DNA from: Lama glama
Taxonomy: Eukaryota
Length of the DNA stretch: 63,863 nucleotides
Assembly (NCBI GenBank): GCA_028534125.1
Contig: CM052830.1
Location: 24,366,138-24,430,000, forward strand
Reading direction: 5' to 3'
A program made the translations under genes and the position numbers. Positions 26,989 to 39,525 of the stretch are shown here, piece by piece; the stretch's first letter is position 1; every line of letters starts with the position of its first letter. A model generated the notes under the pieces. The model saw nothing but the letters and a program-made list of their open reading frames with translations. It was not told the origin of the DNA and searched no databases.

Positions 26989-27221
26989 AAGGATAAACTG
27001 GGAGTTGGCGATTTGCAGATACTACTGTACATAAGGCAGACAGTAAGTTGCTGTTGTAGAGCACGGGGAACTACATTCAGGCTCTTGTAAGAGTAACCTG
27101 TGATGGAGAAGAACGTGAGAAGGAATGTATGTTTGTATGCGTGTGCCTGAAACACGATGCTGCGCACCAGAAAGTGACACGACACTATAAACTGACTGTC
27201 CCTCAAGTAAAAAAAGTAGCA
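26989..27221 (+). mobile_element. 5'-truncated L1 3' UTR with TSD (aaa[g/a]aagtagca)
   Basis: ggataaactgggagtt...tttgcagatact...ccagaaagtgacac...aaactgact...A-tail. aagtagca occurs at 26981-26988 and again at 27214-27221. Confidence 0.85.
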
Positions 27222-30200
27222 GTCACTCGTCTCGGCCAAGAGAGGGGGTGTTTGGTGGGTGGCGCTGCCCCCGTTTTCGCCTGTGCTTAGACGACACTGT
27301 GAGGCGGACTTGCTTCACCTCATTTTGTCCTGGTCTCCGAGCACACTTGTCTGGGGCTGGTGAAACTGGTCCTGTCTACTGGGAGCGTAACCTGGCTTAG
27401 CCGTGGGCTAAGGTCAGGCCTGAAGGTCAGGCTGCCCATCCCGGCTCCCCCACCACCAGCAGAGGGGCGGGAAGACAGAACAGAGGCAAAAGGAAGCGCA
27501 AAGAAGGTGCAAATGTGAGAAAGTGAGGAGAAGAGGAACGAAGGGGGTCGGTGAGGGTGGGTGTGGGGAGACCAGTCCTCATGGATTCCGCTTCCAGCTC
27601 TGAACTGCAGGCATCGCCACTGAGCGTGGGTGGCAGCGCAGGAGGCCCCCAGCGAGCCCCAGGACGGGGGGCTGCCATTCATTCCCTTGCCCCGCCCCTG
27701 CTGTCCGGGGGACGCGCCGACCCTGCCCCTGGGAGCCACGCCCTTTCCCGCCATCTTTCTGGCTTCAGTGACTGGTGGCGCCCAGTTTGGTGTGAAGGGG
27801 AGTCTGCTGGTGGAAGGGGAGGAGGGTGAGCGGTGAGGGGAGCCCAGCCGGCGACTGTGTGCGCGCGTGCGTGCGTGTGCTCACTCTGGCCTAGAGAAAT
27901 CTTGGCCAGACCATTTCCACCCAAGATGCCTGCACTGAGGGCCTCCTGCACCTGGAGCCTGGCCCCAGAGCAGGTGTCTGCAGCCTCACCTCTGCTCCCA
28001 CCTCTCGAGAGGAGGAGGGCCCGCACCTGGGCCCTTTAAGCTCCCCCTGGCTGGGGGTGCCGTCTGAGAGACCAGGGCCCCTCCTCCGCTTTAGGGCTGG
28101 CTCTACCTACGAAACCCTGACGACCCGGGGCCTGGGGCACGGCAGGACCCAGACGGCCCCAACACGCTGTATCTTTTGTGCCGTTCTTGCCTTGGCTCAG
28201 CCCTCCCCTCTCCCCGGAAAACCGGGGCTACCCTGCCCTAGTCAGACTCCACAACTGAATGCAAAGGCCCGCCTCCCCCAGCGGAGTCAGTCCTGCCCGG
28301 CAGTGCTCCCAGAGGGAGGCCTGCGCCCCGCTTCCCCGGGAAGCCTCTGCCGCTCTCCTTACGTGTTCCTCACCTGAGTGTCGTTCCAACCGAACGGGGC
28401 CTGGCTTATTTGCCGCTTGGTCCCCAGGACCTGGGACTCGGCCAGGCTCATGGTAGACATCTGGTAAATGTGTGGGAAGGAAGGGAGGGGAGGGGAGAGG
28501 AGACCCTGAGGCGTCCTAGAGGTGGGGGAGGCGGGGTGTGCAGAAACCCTCTGACGGAGCGCCTGGTTGATGCCAAAAATGGTCGAGGACTCCTCACCTG
28601 GGCCCCGCGGCAGCTCCCGCCCATGCGCCTTCCCGGATTCGAGCGTCTGCAGAGTCAGGAGCGAATGAGGCAGACCTGGGAAGCCCTCAACCGGGGAAGG
28701 ATCTGGGCCAGGGAAGCAGCAGCTGTCTCGGTGTTAGTCCAGGAAGGCCTCAAAGGAGGGGTGACTGGCCCACGTCTCCCCTGTTGACACAACCCAGCGA
28801 CCATTTCAACCCAGGGACTTTGACACTCTCTAGAATCAGCTCCTCACCGAAGCCATGGAGAAAACTGAAACCAAACTAAGACCGGAAGCAAAGCTCCCTG
28901 GGAAGCAAGATGGGGAGCTGGGAGACATCACCCAAGAGCAGCCCCCTTGGGCAGAAGCAGAGGTTGGCGGGCAGCACGCACGGGGCAGTGGGTCTCTGGG
29001 CCGCCGGGCCTCCGTCTGGGCCCTGCAGGGGGTGGGGGCCTGCGCGCCGGGTCGTGGGACGCGCGGGGCGCGGAGCCTCCGGGTGCAGACTCAGGCGTGA
29101 GCACTTCAGTTTCGCCCTCCGCCCCGGCCTCAGCGGAGCTGCCAAATGAAAGCGATGATCAGCATGTGCTGGTGACTCACAGCCTTGTCACCGGTGAGAC
29201 GTGCAAGAGGGCCGGGACAGGCGGGGAGGGCAAGGGGGATTTCCTTCCAGCTTGCAGTGTGCCTGGCGGTCAGCACCTCAGGGCTCACCTCCTGTCAAGT
29301 CCTACCTGGAGCCGCGTCAGGGACCACAGAGGCTCAGAGTCAGCCCCGCGGGAGGGAGGAGGGGGCTGGGAGCCACATCTGAAATGTCCCCCTGAGCCCA
29401 CCCCATGGGGCACAGGGCAGCCTCCCGCAGTCTGTGGTTTCAAAGATGCCTCCCAGAGTGGAAGGAGCAAAGGCCTGGAAGTCAGAGAAGCCAGGGTTCA
29501 AATCCCAGCCCCCCACCTCCCGTTCTGTGATCTCCCACAAAGCGCGAGAACTCCCCCGAGCTTCTGTTCCACCTTCTGTCACCAGAGAACAAGGCCTTCC
29601 TCCGAGGCTGCAGAGGAGACAGGATGGACCAGAAGGCCTGGCATTCTGGAAATGCGCGGGAAAGGAGGTTCCCTGCCCCCATCCCCACCCCCTTCCCAGG
29701 ATAGCAGCGGGCCCCCCAACACACGAGACAGCCTCCTTTCTCATGATTTAATTATTCAGGAATCCACCTGAATCTAAACACTCTGTGCATGTGTCTTTGG
29801 CAGAGGAAGCACCTGGCTGGAAGTGGTGGCCTGTGGGTTCCAAATATTGACTCTCCGGTCGGTGAAGCAGAATTTCTACTTTGTCCTAAAGCCTGTCCAT
29901 CCACTGCAGGGAGGGCCTCACACTGGAGCGAGCTAGGATTGGACAGCCTTTCCCATCATGATTTTATCGACCCTAATCACCTGTCTGTCCAGACGTCGAG
30001 CCTCCAAGTCTTCAGCTTCAAGTGATTCATCTCAAAGGCCACGCCCACGGCCCTCCTCTGCTGTTTAACGGGAGAAGGGGTGCTGGGTGCCCCAGAGCCT
30101 TAGCTGCCTCTGTCAATGGGAAGGCACGGTTGTCCCTGCCACGCTCGGGCACGCTGCCAGCCAGGTAGACAATGATTAAGAGGCCCTTTGAAACCCCAGC

Positions 30201-31037
30201 TGCCTACAGCGCTCTCCACCGACTGAGCAGCGGGGGAAGCGTTACCGAGCTCCCCTACGCCTTTCTTTAAATTACCTCCTGGCTCCAAAGTCCACCTCGG
30301 AGCAGGGCGCTGGCCACATGGTGCAGAATGTTCACCATCCGTCAGCTGTCACTTGGGCACGGAGCCCAATCAGATCATCAGTCGGTCCTTCCAGCACCCA
30401 CAGACTGGGAGCTAGCTGGGGCGAGGGGGTGCCTTGGGGGGCCATCCAGCCTGACTGCAGCCCCTGATTTAACTGAGAGGTGACCTGAAGTGTCACACGG
30501 TCCTCTGGCCTGGGCCACCTGTCTTCAGCCCCAGCTGGGACCACCACATCACCTGCTGGCTGGTCTGCTGCCCCTGACTGTGCTCTTCACCAGGCAGCCA
30601 GAGTGATCAGCTTGAACCCTAAATGAGGTCAAGCTCTGATTATCCTGAATGCCATCTCAACTCCGTGCCTGGCCTCCGAGGCCCCAGGCGGCCTGGTGCC
30701 TGGCAGGTCCCCCATCCTCAGTCTCTAGCCCTCCAGCCTGTGCTTACCAAGCTCCAGCCACACTGGTCTTCTCGCCCCAGCTCCCCAAATGTACCAAAAT
30801 CTTTCCAGCCTCAGGGCCTTTGCACGTGCTCTCTCCCCAGCTTCCTTGTGTAACATGAGGATAATAACATGTGTTCCTCTCATGGTCGTCGTGAGGATTA
30901 AAAGACTGGAGGTGTCTGCATGTGACGGTCATTTCATGTTCCTTGCAGCCTTGCCCTCTCCCTCCCGCCCTCTTCCTACCCTCTCACACAAGTCCAGGAG
31001 ATGCTGTGCTGAAGCAGGGACAGCAGGTCCCACAGGG

Positions 31038-31051
31038 GTTGCTATGGGAAC
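31038..31051. promoter_or_regulatory. RFX X-box-like motif
   Basis: GTTGCTATGGGAAC is close to the RFX consensus GTTRCCATGGYAAC and sits inside ggggtt...aacccc dyad symmetry. Motif evidence only. Confidence 0.35.
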
Positions 31052-31639
31052 CCCGGCCCCAAGTGCAGTAGCTGGGGGTGCCCACCGCTGTGCGGGGCCG
31101 GCTGCAATGACTCTGCCTTTTGGAGCAGAAAAACCCAGCTGCTCCTGTCCCCTCGGTCCTGACTCAGGTCGATTCACAGAGCTACAAGCAGAGCAGCTGT
31201 GCAGCTTGGGGAGATGGGAGGAGGAACGTACCCTGTAAAGCCCTCGGCTTCCAGGCTCAGGGGAGACTGGCAGATGGGAAGAGCATCCTCAGCTGAGTTC
31301 TCAGGCTGGAAACAAGCCCTCAGAAGCCGTGCAGCCGATCGAGCCAACAGCAAACATGCAGTGAAGCAGTGCCGGAGCCCAGCACTGAGCCGGGCGGGCA
31401 GTGAGGGGTGCGGGATCAGAAAGCATCCGTGGAGAGACGTCAGAGGAAACAAAAACCGAAGTTGACAACAGCAGCCACCACGAGCGAGCCGCTCCGCAAA
31501 GTCCTTCCCCAGCTCCTCCGAGGCCGGTACCGTCAAGTGCGCCAGGAGAGGCGAATGCGCCCTTTGACCCCGCGCAGGCTGGTAAGCTACCGCGCGTGCC
31601 TGAGTCGCCTGGCCGGGAAGGGTCACCTGGGGTGATCTG

Positions 31640-32270
31640 ATCAATTCATTTACTCAGCACCCCCGGGAGTTTGTTGAGCATCCGTGTGTTTGGGGCTCTG
31701 CACTGGACGTGCTGGGAGTTCAGTGGGAGCAGCTCAAGGGCACGCAGGTGACAGTGATACTGGCGAGGGCCGGAGAAAGGACAGCGAAAGCCACGGGGCA
31801 GGATGACATCAGTGCGAAGCGGGGAGGTGACGGCTCAACTGGGCCGTGAAGGATGGAAGGATGGTAGGTTAACAGCGGAGATGATGGACGGGGAGGGGGA
31901 CTTCTCAGGGGGAGTCGGCAGGGGACAGCTCCCCTGGGGGGCCCTGGGGCTCTAAGCCAGGGCTGAGGCCAGACCACGAGCCCAAGCCAGACTGCACACG
32001 GCCCTGTAGGGGACGCCAAATGATCTGAATTTCACCTGGTAGGGAAGGGAGGCCTCTGAAGGGTTTTCCGGAGGAAGAGATGGGGTCAGATTTGCCTGAT
32101 ACCCATGCCCTCATGCACAGGATGCACTGAGGAGGGGTCAGAATAGGGGCTGAGATCCAGACAGGGGACTGCTGACACTGTCCGGCGGCCCAGGTGGGGG
32201 TTTAAGGGACTAGGGCTGTGGCAGGGTGAGGAAGAGGGACAGTTAGGAGAAGCATTTCAGAGATGGAATG
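31640..32270 (-). mobile_element. LINE-2 3' fragment
   Basis: attcatttactcagca...ttgttgagcatc...gggaggcctctgaagggtttt...gtcagatttg...gagaagcatttcagag. Confidence 0.65.
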
Positions 32271-34945
32271 AGTAACCCTCACTGGTGGGACAAAATTACC
32301 TCCCTTGCTGGAAACCTCCGGGTGTGTCTCTGTAGTGACTGCACGTGCAGCTGCGTGTCTGTCTCCATGGATGTCACGTGCAGGCACATCTGTGCACACG
32401 TGCGGTTAAGGCTGCCGTGAATGCACACCGGGGGCCGTGTATGCACCATGCGTGTGAGTGGTGGTGTGGGCTCAGGCACGTCTGTGTGGCTGTGTCTGTG
32501 TGTCCGAGCCTGTGGGCTGCATGTCTGTCTGCCGTGAGCGCCCCCCCGCCCCCCATCATGCTCTGGGCTCAGCAGAATTCTGTGCGCCAGGCGCCCCCAG
32601 GGACCTAAGCTGCTCACAGGCTCCCACTGCTAAGGCGAGCTGCATCTTGCATCCCTGTTTGATGCTGCAACATGAACCCCAAGGCAGCTCTTCAAAGGGA
32701 GCAACTGGGGAGGAGAGAAAGGAAGTAAACGCGGGGATTAACCCTGTGAACTCACCGCTCCTGCCTGGCCCTGGCCCAGCGACCTCCCCTGCGGCCAGGC
32801 TTTGATTTGACAAGGGCTGAGGGGTTCTAGAAGGGGCCTGGGGGAGAGGCTGCGGCCCCCACAGCTTGTGGAGTCCCCTGTGTGGGTGTGAAACAGGCAG
32901 CCTGCTCCCGAGGGCAGGGACAGAGGAACCCCTCCCTTCCCTCTGTCCTTCCTTCCCTCCTTCGTCCCCGCTCCTTCCCTAACCACCATTTCCCAGGACT
33001 TCAAGGCTTCAGACTGACTCCCGTCTGTGTACTAACTCTGCTGTTTAGTGATCCTGCGATTGTGGGCACGGATGCCTCTGTGTTAAAAGGCAACGGCTCT
33101 TACCTCACAGGGTTGCTCAGACTAAGCAAGTCCAGGCACGTGGTGCACAGCACGGTGCCAGGCTCGTCAGAGGAGCTCGGCCAACAGGAGCCACCAGGAC
33201 CTGTCATTGATGCACAGCAGTCAGTGGGGCATCTCCCCATCTCAGATGGCTTCTACGCAGCAGACAGAGGTTTATAACGGGCAGGGTTCAGGGTGCTTAG
33301 AGGGGGCTCAGAAGGGCAAGGGCCCGCTCTTCCAAGGAAAGGGGTGGAATCCCGGAGAGCTTCCTGGAAGAGGTGACTCCAGAGTCTTCAAGGACAGCTG
33401 GACTGCACCACGTGAGTCTGGGGGGAGGGCATGCAGACCAGGGGGAGGATTTTGCTGAAGTGTGTGGGGGAAACAGCAAAGGCCCTGCCGTGGGTCCAGG
33501 CCGCGGGCCCTGTGTGGGAAGCCTGCTGTGACCGCAGTGCCGGGCAGGCCCTGTGAGTGAGGGCCTCCGTGAGACTCCATTTCCCCTCGTCTTCTCAGTT
33601 TCCTTTTGGCTGGAAAAACTGAAATACAAAGGGTCACAGAGCGAGGCCAAGAGCAGAGATCTGGAGTTTTCACAGCAAGCGAGACGGACCCTGGGGAGGA
33701 GCTCGGCCTCGCCCGCTCCTCTGGGCCCTACCAAGTGGTGCCTCGACTGAGGAGATGCAGGACCCGGGAGCTCTTGGGCTCAGGAAGCAGGAGGGACTGG
33801 AGGGGACGGAAGAACTCGCTTCCCTCCAGAGACAGTGCACTGAGCCAGGGCCCTGAAGTTGATGAGAAGGAGGAACCAGGGGCCAGAATGCCTTGGGGGA
33901 TGCGATCTGCTCTGTGGACAGGACTCCGTCTTCCTTATCCCCAGGTCCCTGGCCCTCAGCAAATTAAGTGCCCCGCAATCCCCCCGGAAAGTAAGAGATG
34001 CGGAGAACTTTCTGCAAGTAGCTCCGTGAGGGGAGCCTGCAGGAGCTCCTCAGTGTGCCCTGAATGAGTGACGGTCACGGCCATGTAAATAATGTGCGTC
34101 AGGCGCGTTCACACGCTAGCGTCTCATTTAACACAAGCAGTGCCTCCAGTTTGCAGAGGAGACCAGGTAACCTGGCCAAGGTCTCCAGGCTGGACTTCAC
34201 ACCAGCTCTACCTGACTCTTCCATGTGCTTCCCCCTAAACCACGCAGCTTCTCATCTGGGGAGACAGGGCAGCTGACCAAGGTCTTCCACCCACGGCAGG
34301 AAGCCCCCCTCCCCCCTGCAGGTGAGGGGCACAGAGGCCGGTTAGGAGGGGATAAAGGTGAAGCCGCGGGCACTGCCCACCACCGCCCTCCAGCTCCACA
34401 TCACTGCCTTCCCCCCACCCCTCGTCCCACCACCCACGTTATCTGAGCACCTACTGTATGCTAGGACCCAACAGACACAGAACTCCTGCCTTCACGCAGC
34501 TGAGGCTCGAGTGGTGAACACGGAGGCGAGTTAGTTGAGTGAATCCGTCATCAGGGAGGCAGGTGGTGGTGGAGGTGATCATCCTCTCGGCTCTTCCCGC
34601 TGCAGACACTGCCCCCGCCGGTGACTTCTGTTCCTGGAGGCCTCTGCGTTGCTGGGTGAACCCCAGCCGCGGGCTGCTGTTGCCAAGCACCCAGAAGACA
34701 CCCCTCCCCTTCCTGGCTTTTGTTTTGTGAAAACACATTTTCAGAAAAATTATGCTGCATTGTTTGAGGCAGGGGGCGCTTCGATGGGGCGAGAGGGAAG
34801 CAGCTGCAGTGGAGAACTGGGCGCTCCTCCCACCCAGAGAAGGGGCAGGCGTGGGAGGCGGGGCCGTGCCTGGGGGGCCTACTTGTCACACAGGCTCCCG
34901 AGCGTGGTGAAGATGCAAACAGTCCCCTACAAACACACGTGCGTG

Positions 34946-34968
34946 CACACACACACACACACACACAC
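34946..34968. repeat. (CA)n microsatellite
   Basis: Directly visible. Confidence 0.95.
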
Positions 34969-36014
34969 TTGGCAGCGACACCCTAGAGCTTCCCACCTGC
35001 AGGGTCTAGGACAGACACAGCTGTTACCTGTGGCTTCCAGGGTAGGACAGAGGCCAGAGGACCCAGCCTGGCCGGGGGTGCTCCCTAGGTCGCCTGAGAC
35101 CCTGGCAAGAGGCGGGAGGAGCCCCACGTCAAAGGAGATGCAGCTTCCCGCCCTCGCGACCACCCCCAGTCCCTCACCTCACTCCCCCTACTTCACGCTC
35201 AAACCCCTTCCTGGCGTCTGAAGTCCTGTCTGTCTGACCCTCCTCACTGAGCCTCACCCGTTCTCTCCTCCAGGGTCGACCTCAGTCCAGATCCCGTGTC
35301 TGCTTTCCCAGCATCGCCCCCGCGGTGTCTGAGTCGTGGAGACAGGGCCGGGGGTGTAAGAGTGCTTCCCAGAGGGGAGCTGTGAGGATTCAGTGAGACA
35401 AGCCGCGTGCAGCCCTCAGTGCACCGCCTGCCCACGGAAAGTGCCCCCCAAGCCCGGGAAGTTGTCGCCAACGGCCTGTCCAGGGGAGGGGCGGGCACGC
35501 GGGCTCAGGGGCGCGGGGCCTGTGTGTGAGCGCTGCGCCATGCGGAGGGGCTGCAGCCCCTCGCAGCAGGCCGTGGGCGCGCTGGCGTTCGTTCTCCAGG
35601 CAGGGTGTGCACTTCAGAGCGCCTGCCTGGCCGCAGCATGCAAGACGGGTCTGAGTGGGGGAATCCAAGGTCGTGCCGTTGCAAGCCATCGACCCCGGTT
35701 GACAAGAACGGCTCTTTAGCATCTGGGCAGGCAACGTAAGGGGGGGAGTCTAACCTATTTTCCAGGAACACCTCAATTTTTAGTGAGTAAGCGACTTTAG
35801 AACCACGTTAATTGCGCCTTCAGGGAAGTTACACAGCAGGAGACGGGGAAAACCTGTAAAGAGATCGCGAAATAGAAAATCCACTGATGTGGCTCTCGAG
35901 GGGACAGCGATTCAGGGCCACAGAAGTATCAAAGTTTCTGAAATCCTGACACCTCCCCTCCCATCCCAGACCCCACACACTGACCCGAGGAGGTCTGTTC
36001 CTCAGCGTGTGCAT

Positions 36015-36240
36015 CGCAAGCAGTAAAACAAATAAACCCTCTGCTCAAACTGACTGAAACAGTAAAGGGAAGTTATTGACTTGCCTGATGGCAAAGTCTA
36101 GAAGGAGCTTCAGGTAAAGCTTGATCTAGTGGCTCAAACAGTGTCATCTAAGACCTGATCTCTCTCTGTCCTGCCGTCTGTAACGTAGGCTTCCAACTCA
36201 GGACTCACTTAGTGGACCTCCAGCAGCTCCAAGCTTCCCC
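36015..36240 (-). mobile_element. LTR33/MLT1-like ERVL LTR fragment
   Basis: ctcaaactgactgaaacagtaaagggaagttattg...gcttcaggtaaagcttgatctagtggctcaaacagtgtcatc. Confidence 0.55.
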
Positions 36241-39000
36241 TCACAATGACAAACGTCTGTGCTGGGGCCTGACCTCACGTCCTCACTCTACACTTTCCAA
36301 GCCAAGGGGAGTCTCTCTTCCGGTGGAATAGCTCCTCTTTCCCCCAAAGCCGCCCTTTCCCCCACGTCTCCTTGTTTCCTGTTGGTACTGAGGCCAGTCC
36401 AGGTGTCCCTCCTGTGCCCTGAAACCCTGGGTCCAGCTGCCGCTGGGCCTGTCCGCCTGGAGGGGCCCAAACCCCACATGTCACAAGCCCAGCTCATTCT
36501 GGCTCCCCAGACCCATGGCCCCAACCTGCTTTCCTGTCTGTGTTCCCGCTGCCGCCACTGAGCTGGACACTGGGGCATCCTGGACACCCGCCTCTCCCTC
36601 AAGCCCCCAAACCTAATCAAGCCCCAGGCCACACATCTCTCTGGAATCCCCCCTTCTTTCTAGCCCTACCGCCCGGCTCACGTTGGGTGCCTCGGGGCCC
36701 TGGGTGACCACCGGTCTCTATTTAGCCGAGGTCCCCCATGCTACAGGACCTCCTCACCTCCCTCCTCCACGTCTGGCTCTGTCCCGAGGGCAGGGTCGAT
36801 GTCACTGTCACTGCTGCGAGGGCTGCAGCCCGGGACAGGGCCTGGCGCTTGAAGACTCCCACCGAAATGTGTGGCTGGAACACATAAACGGACGCGCGAG
36901 AGAAGAGTTAGGAATTCTTCTTGGGAAAGAGTCAACCTCCCCGAAGGCCCAAGAAACAGGACATGCCTCTGAGCGACCTCCCGTGCAGCCCGGCGGGGTG
37001 GGCACCCCAGCCCCACCACCCGCTCCCCATCGAGCGAGAGCTGCCCACCACGGCAGGGGCTGCAGAGAGGCTCCTGGTGGGAGGAGGCCCCCAGAGCAGA
37101 GGACTCCCAAAGGCCCTCACATCTCCGGATTCTGGATTCTAAGAGCTCAGCTTTCCCTGCAGCTCAGTACAGTTGGCCCCAGTTACCGCCTGGAGCAGCT
37201 AAAAGTCGAATTGCTCTATTGTTCGAATTCACCAGAAAACCAGCACACTGTGGCAGGGGCCCCGGGAACTAAGTGTGCTGGTTTCTGCCGCACCCTGGTC
37301 ACGTGGCAGGCGTGCGGGCTGCAACACTGAGGATGTCAGTTCCTGCAGCGACGTTTAAGCGTGCGTCAGGGAGGAGGCAAACGTGTGAAGAGCTCCCCAC
37401 TTTCTTTGACCTGCTGTGACTTGGCAGAGATGCCAGGCGGGGGACAGCCGCACCAGTGTGGGAACAGGCATGTGGCTTCGAGACGCTGCACGCTGACAGG
37501 TGAAGACTTGCTCGTATCCCTGTGCCGTTAAACGAGGCCGCCCTCAGCCCTCGGCAGGCTGGGAGGAAGAGGTGAAGAAGGAGACGAGAACTCGGTTTCG
37601 CCGTGTCCTGCCCGGGCGGGTGGCTGAGCTGGGCGCTGCCAGGCAGGGTCGTATCTAAGCCTCATATTAACCCTGAAAACAAACATCCCTGTTTTCACAG
37701 ATGATGAGACAGAGGCCCAGAGAGGTCCCCTGACTTGCCAGTTGAATGACTGGGGAGCGGCAACCCTGAATACAAATCTGTTCTCCCCACAGCCCAGGAG
37801 GCCCCAGGTGGACAAGACAACCATGTTTGGATCTGAGGGCCTTGGTGACCTGTGTCCAGGGGTTTATCACACTTCTTGTGGCTCTGCCCCCGGAGGAGGG
37901 GCCTGAGCGGCACCCTTACAGAACGCCCCGGTGCTTCGTGTGCGAGAAAATAATACACAAAGAGCAAAACGGATTTCTGCCAGCGTTCTCCGCCTTCTAT
38001 GGTGCTGGGTTGACTTTTTCTTTTCTTAATACAAAGAGGTACCAAGAAGCCAACTAAAAGCAAGTCATAATCTCCTTGGTCAAACTAGCTTTTGCTGACA
38101 TTAAAAAAATGATTGACAATACTTCCTTCATCGCTTTATAGTATATACACGTGTCAAATCATCATTTAAACGCCTAGGACGAATACAGTGTTGGGTGTCA
38201 GTTATGCTTCAATGAAACCGGGGAAGAATCTAAATTTAGAACATTCGAACAACAGGAAATGTTAAAAGCGGAATGCCACTCTCCGCTGGTCCCCTCCCAA
38301 AGGCCGTCTTTCCAACATTTCCTTGCGGTTCCTTCCAGGAAGGAGCACGCGGAGCGCGGCCCGAGCGGCTCGGTCCTCACCCACGCGGGGCCGCGGGCCG
38401 TCCCTGCAGCTGCTCCTTTTGCGCCCTTTTTCACCCAGTCACTCATCCTTCCATTTCAGCACGAAGCCGCCCCCCTTTCTTCTCCTGAGCACGTGGTGTT
38501 CATGTTCTTTGCTCATTCAGAAATCCGGTTTGGGGTCCTTATCAAAATTTTTATAAATCAAAGAACTCTGCTCTTGGTCAACTTTGTGTGTTGCAAATAC
38601 GCTTTCCTTGTTTCCCACTGTTTAATCTCAAGTGCGCGGTGGCCTTTGCTTCTGGAGGTAGCTCCCAGGACGGCTCCCGGGGAGCGCGGGGGGGGAGGAG
38701 CCATACTGGCTTTTCTGTTGCTGCCGGGACAGATTTCCACAAGCGCAGGAGTGCCTTAAAACTGGTCAGACGCACCGTCTCAGTTCAGGAGGTGGGGGGC
38801 TCAGCGGCTGGGCGGGGCCGCACTCCCCCCGGAGGCTCTGGGGAGACTCGCTCCCGCCCCTGGGCCGGCTGCCGGAGACCACGTCACGTGGCTCGGGTCC
38901 CTGCCTCCAGCTTCGAGCCCAGCAGCGCCGTCTCCTCTCCTCTCTGGCCTCCGTTTCCAACCTTACATCTTCCCTCTGGCTGAGCCTCCCAGTTCCCTCC

Positions 39001-39525
39001 TTTTTTTTAACCTTTTTTTAAAATTGGGGTAGAGTCAGTTGACAACTGTGCCAATTTCTGGTGCACAGCACAGTGTTTCCATCATGCATACACACACATG
39101 TGTTGCTTTTCATGTTCTTTTTCATTATAGGCCATTACAAGGAATTGAATACAGGTCCCTGTGCTGCACAGCAGGACTTCGTTTTTTTCTTGGAATGGAA
39201 GAGTGTTATTTATTTAGCATCTCAAGTCTCTGTTCTTCATTTTATATATTCACTAGAATGAAATGTACTGAACAACGTTCACGTGGCCTCTAATAGATTT
39301 GCTTTTGGAAGGAAGCAAAATTGCACCGCCCCACAAATGCCCCTCTTTGGCATGAGGATAATTTGGGGTTGACTGTTTTTAAGAGACATACATACATAGT
39401 AGGCAGTATCTACAAACCCCGATCTCCCAGTTTACCCTCCCCAGCCCCTCGCTCCCCGGGTGGCCGTAAGTGTGTTTTCTGGGTGTGTGAGTCTCTGTTT
39501 CGTTCATGAGTTCGTTTGTGTCGCA
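39001..39525 (-). mobile_element. L1 3' UTR split into two collinear pieces (39001-39190 and 39389-39525)
   Basis: T-tail, then agtcagtt...aatttctggtgcacagca...ttcattatagg...tccctgtgct. After ~200 bp it resumes with atagtaggcagtatct...tgtgagtctctgttt. Confidence 0.8.
39306..39388 (+). mobile_element. 5' end of an ERV1 LTR (MER34/MER39/MER41-like)
   Basis: tggaagg...ccccacaaatgccctctttggcatgaggataattt resembles the LTR start TGAAGG..CCCCAAAATATGCCACTTTGGCATAAGGATTATTTTGAG. Confidence 0.55.
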
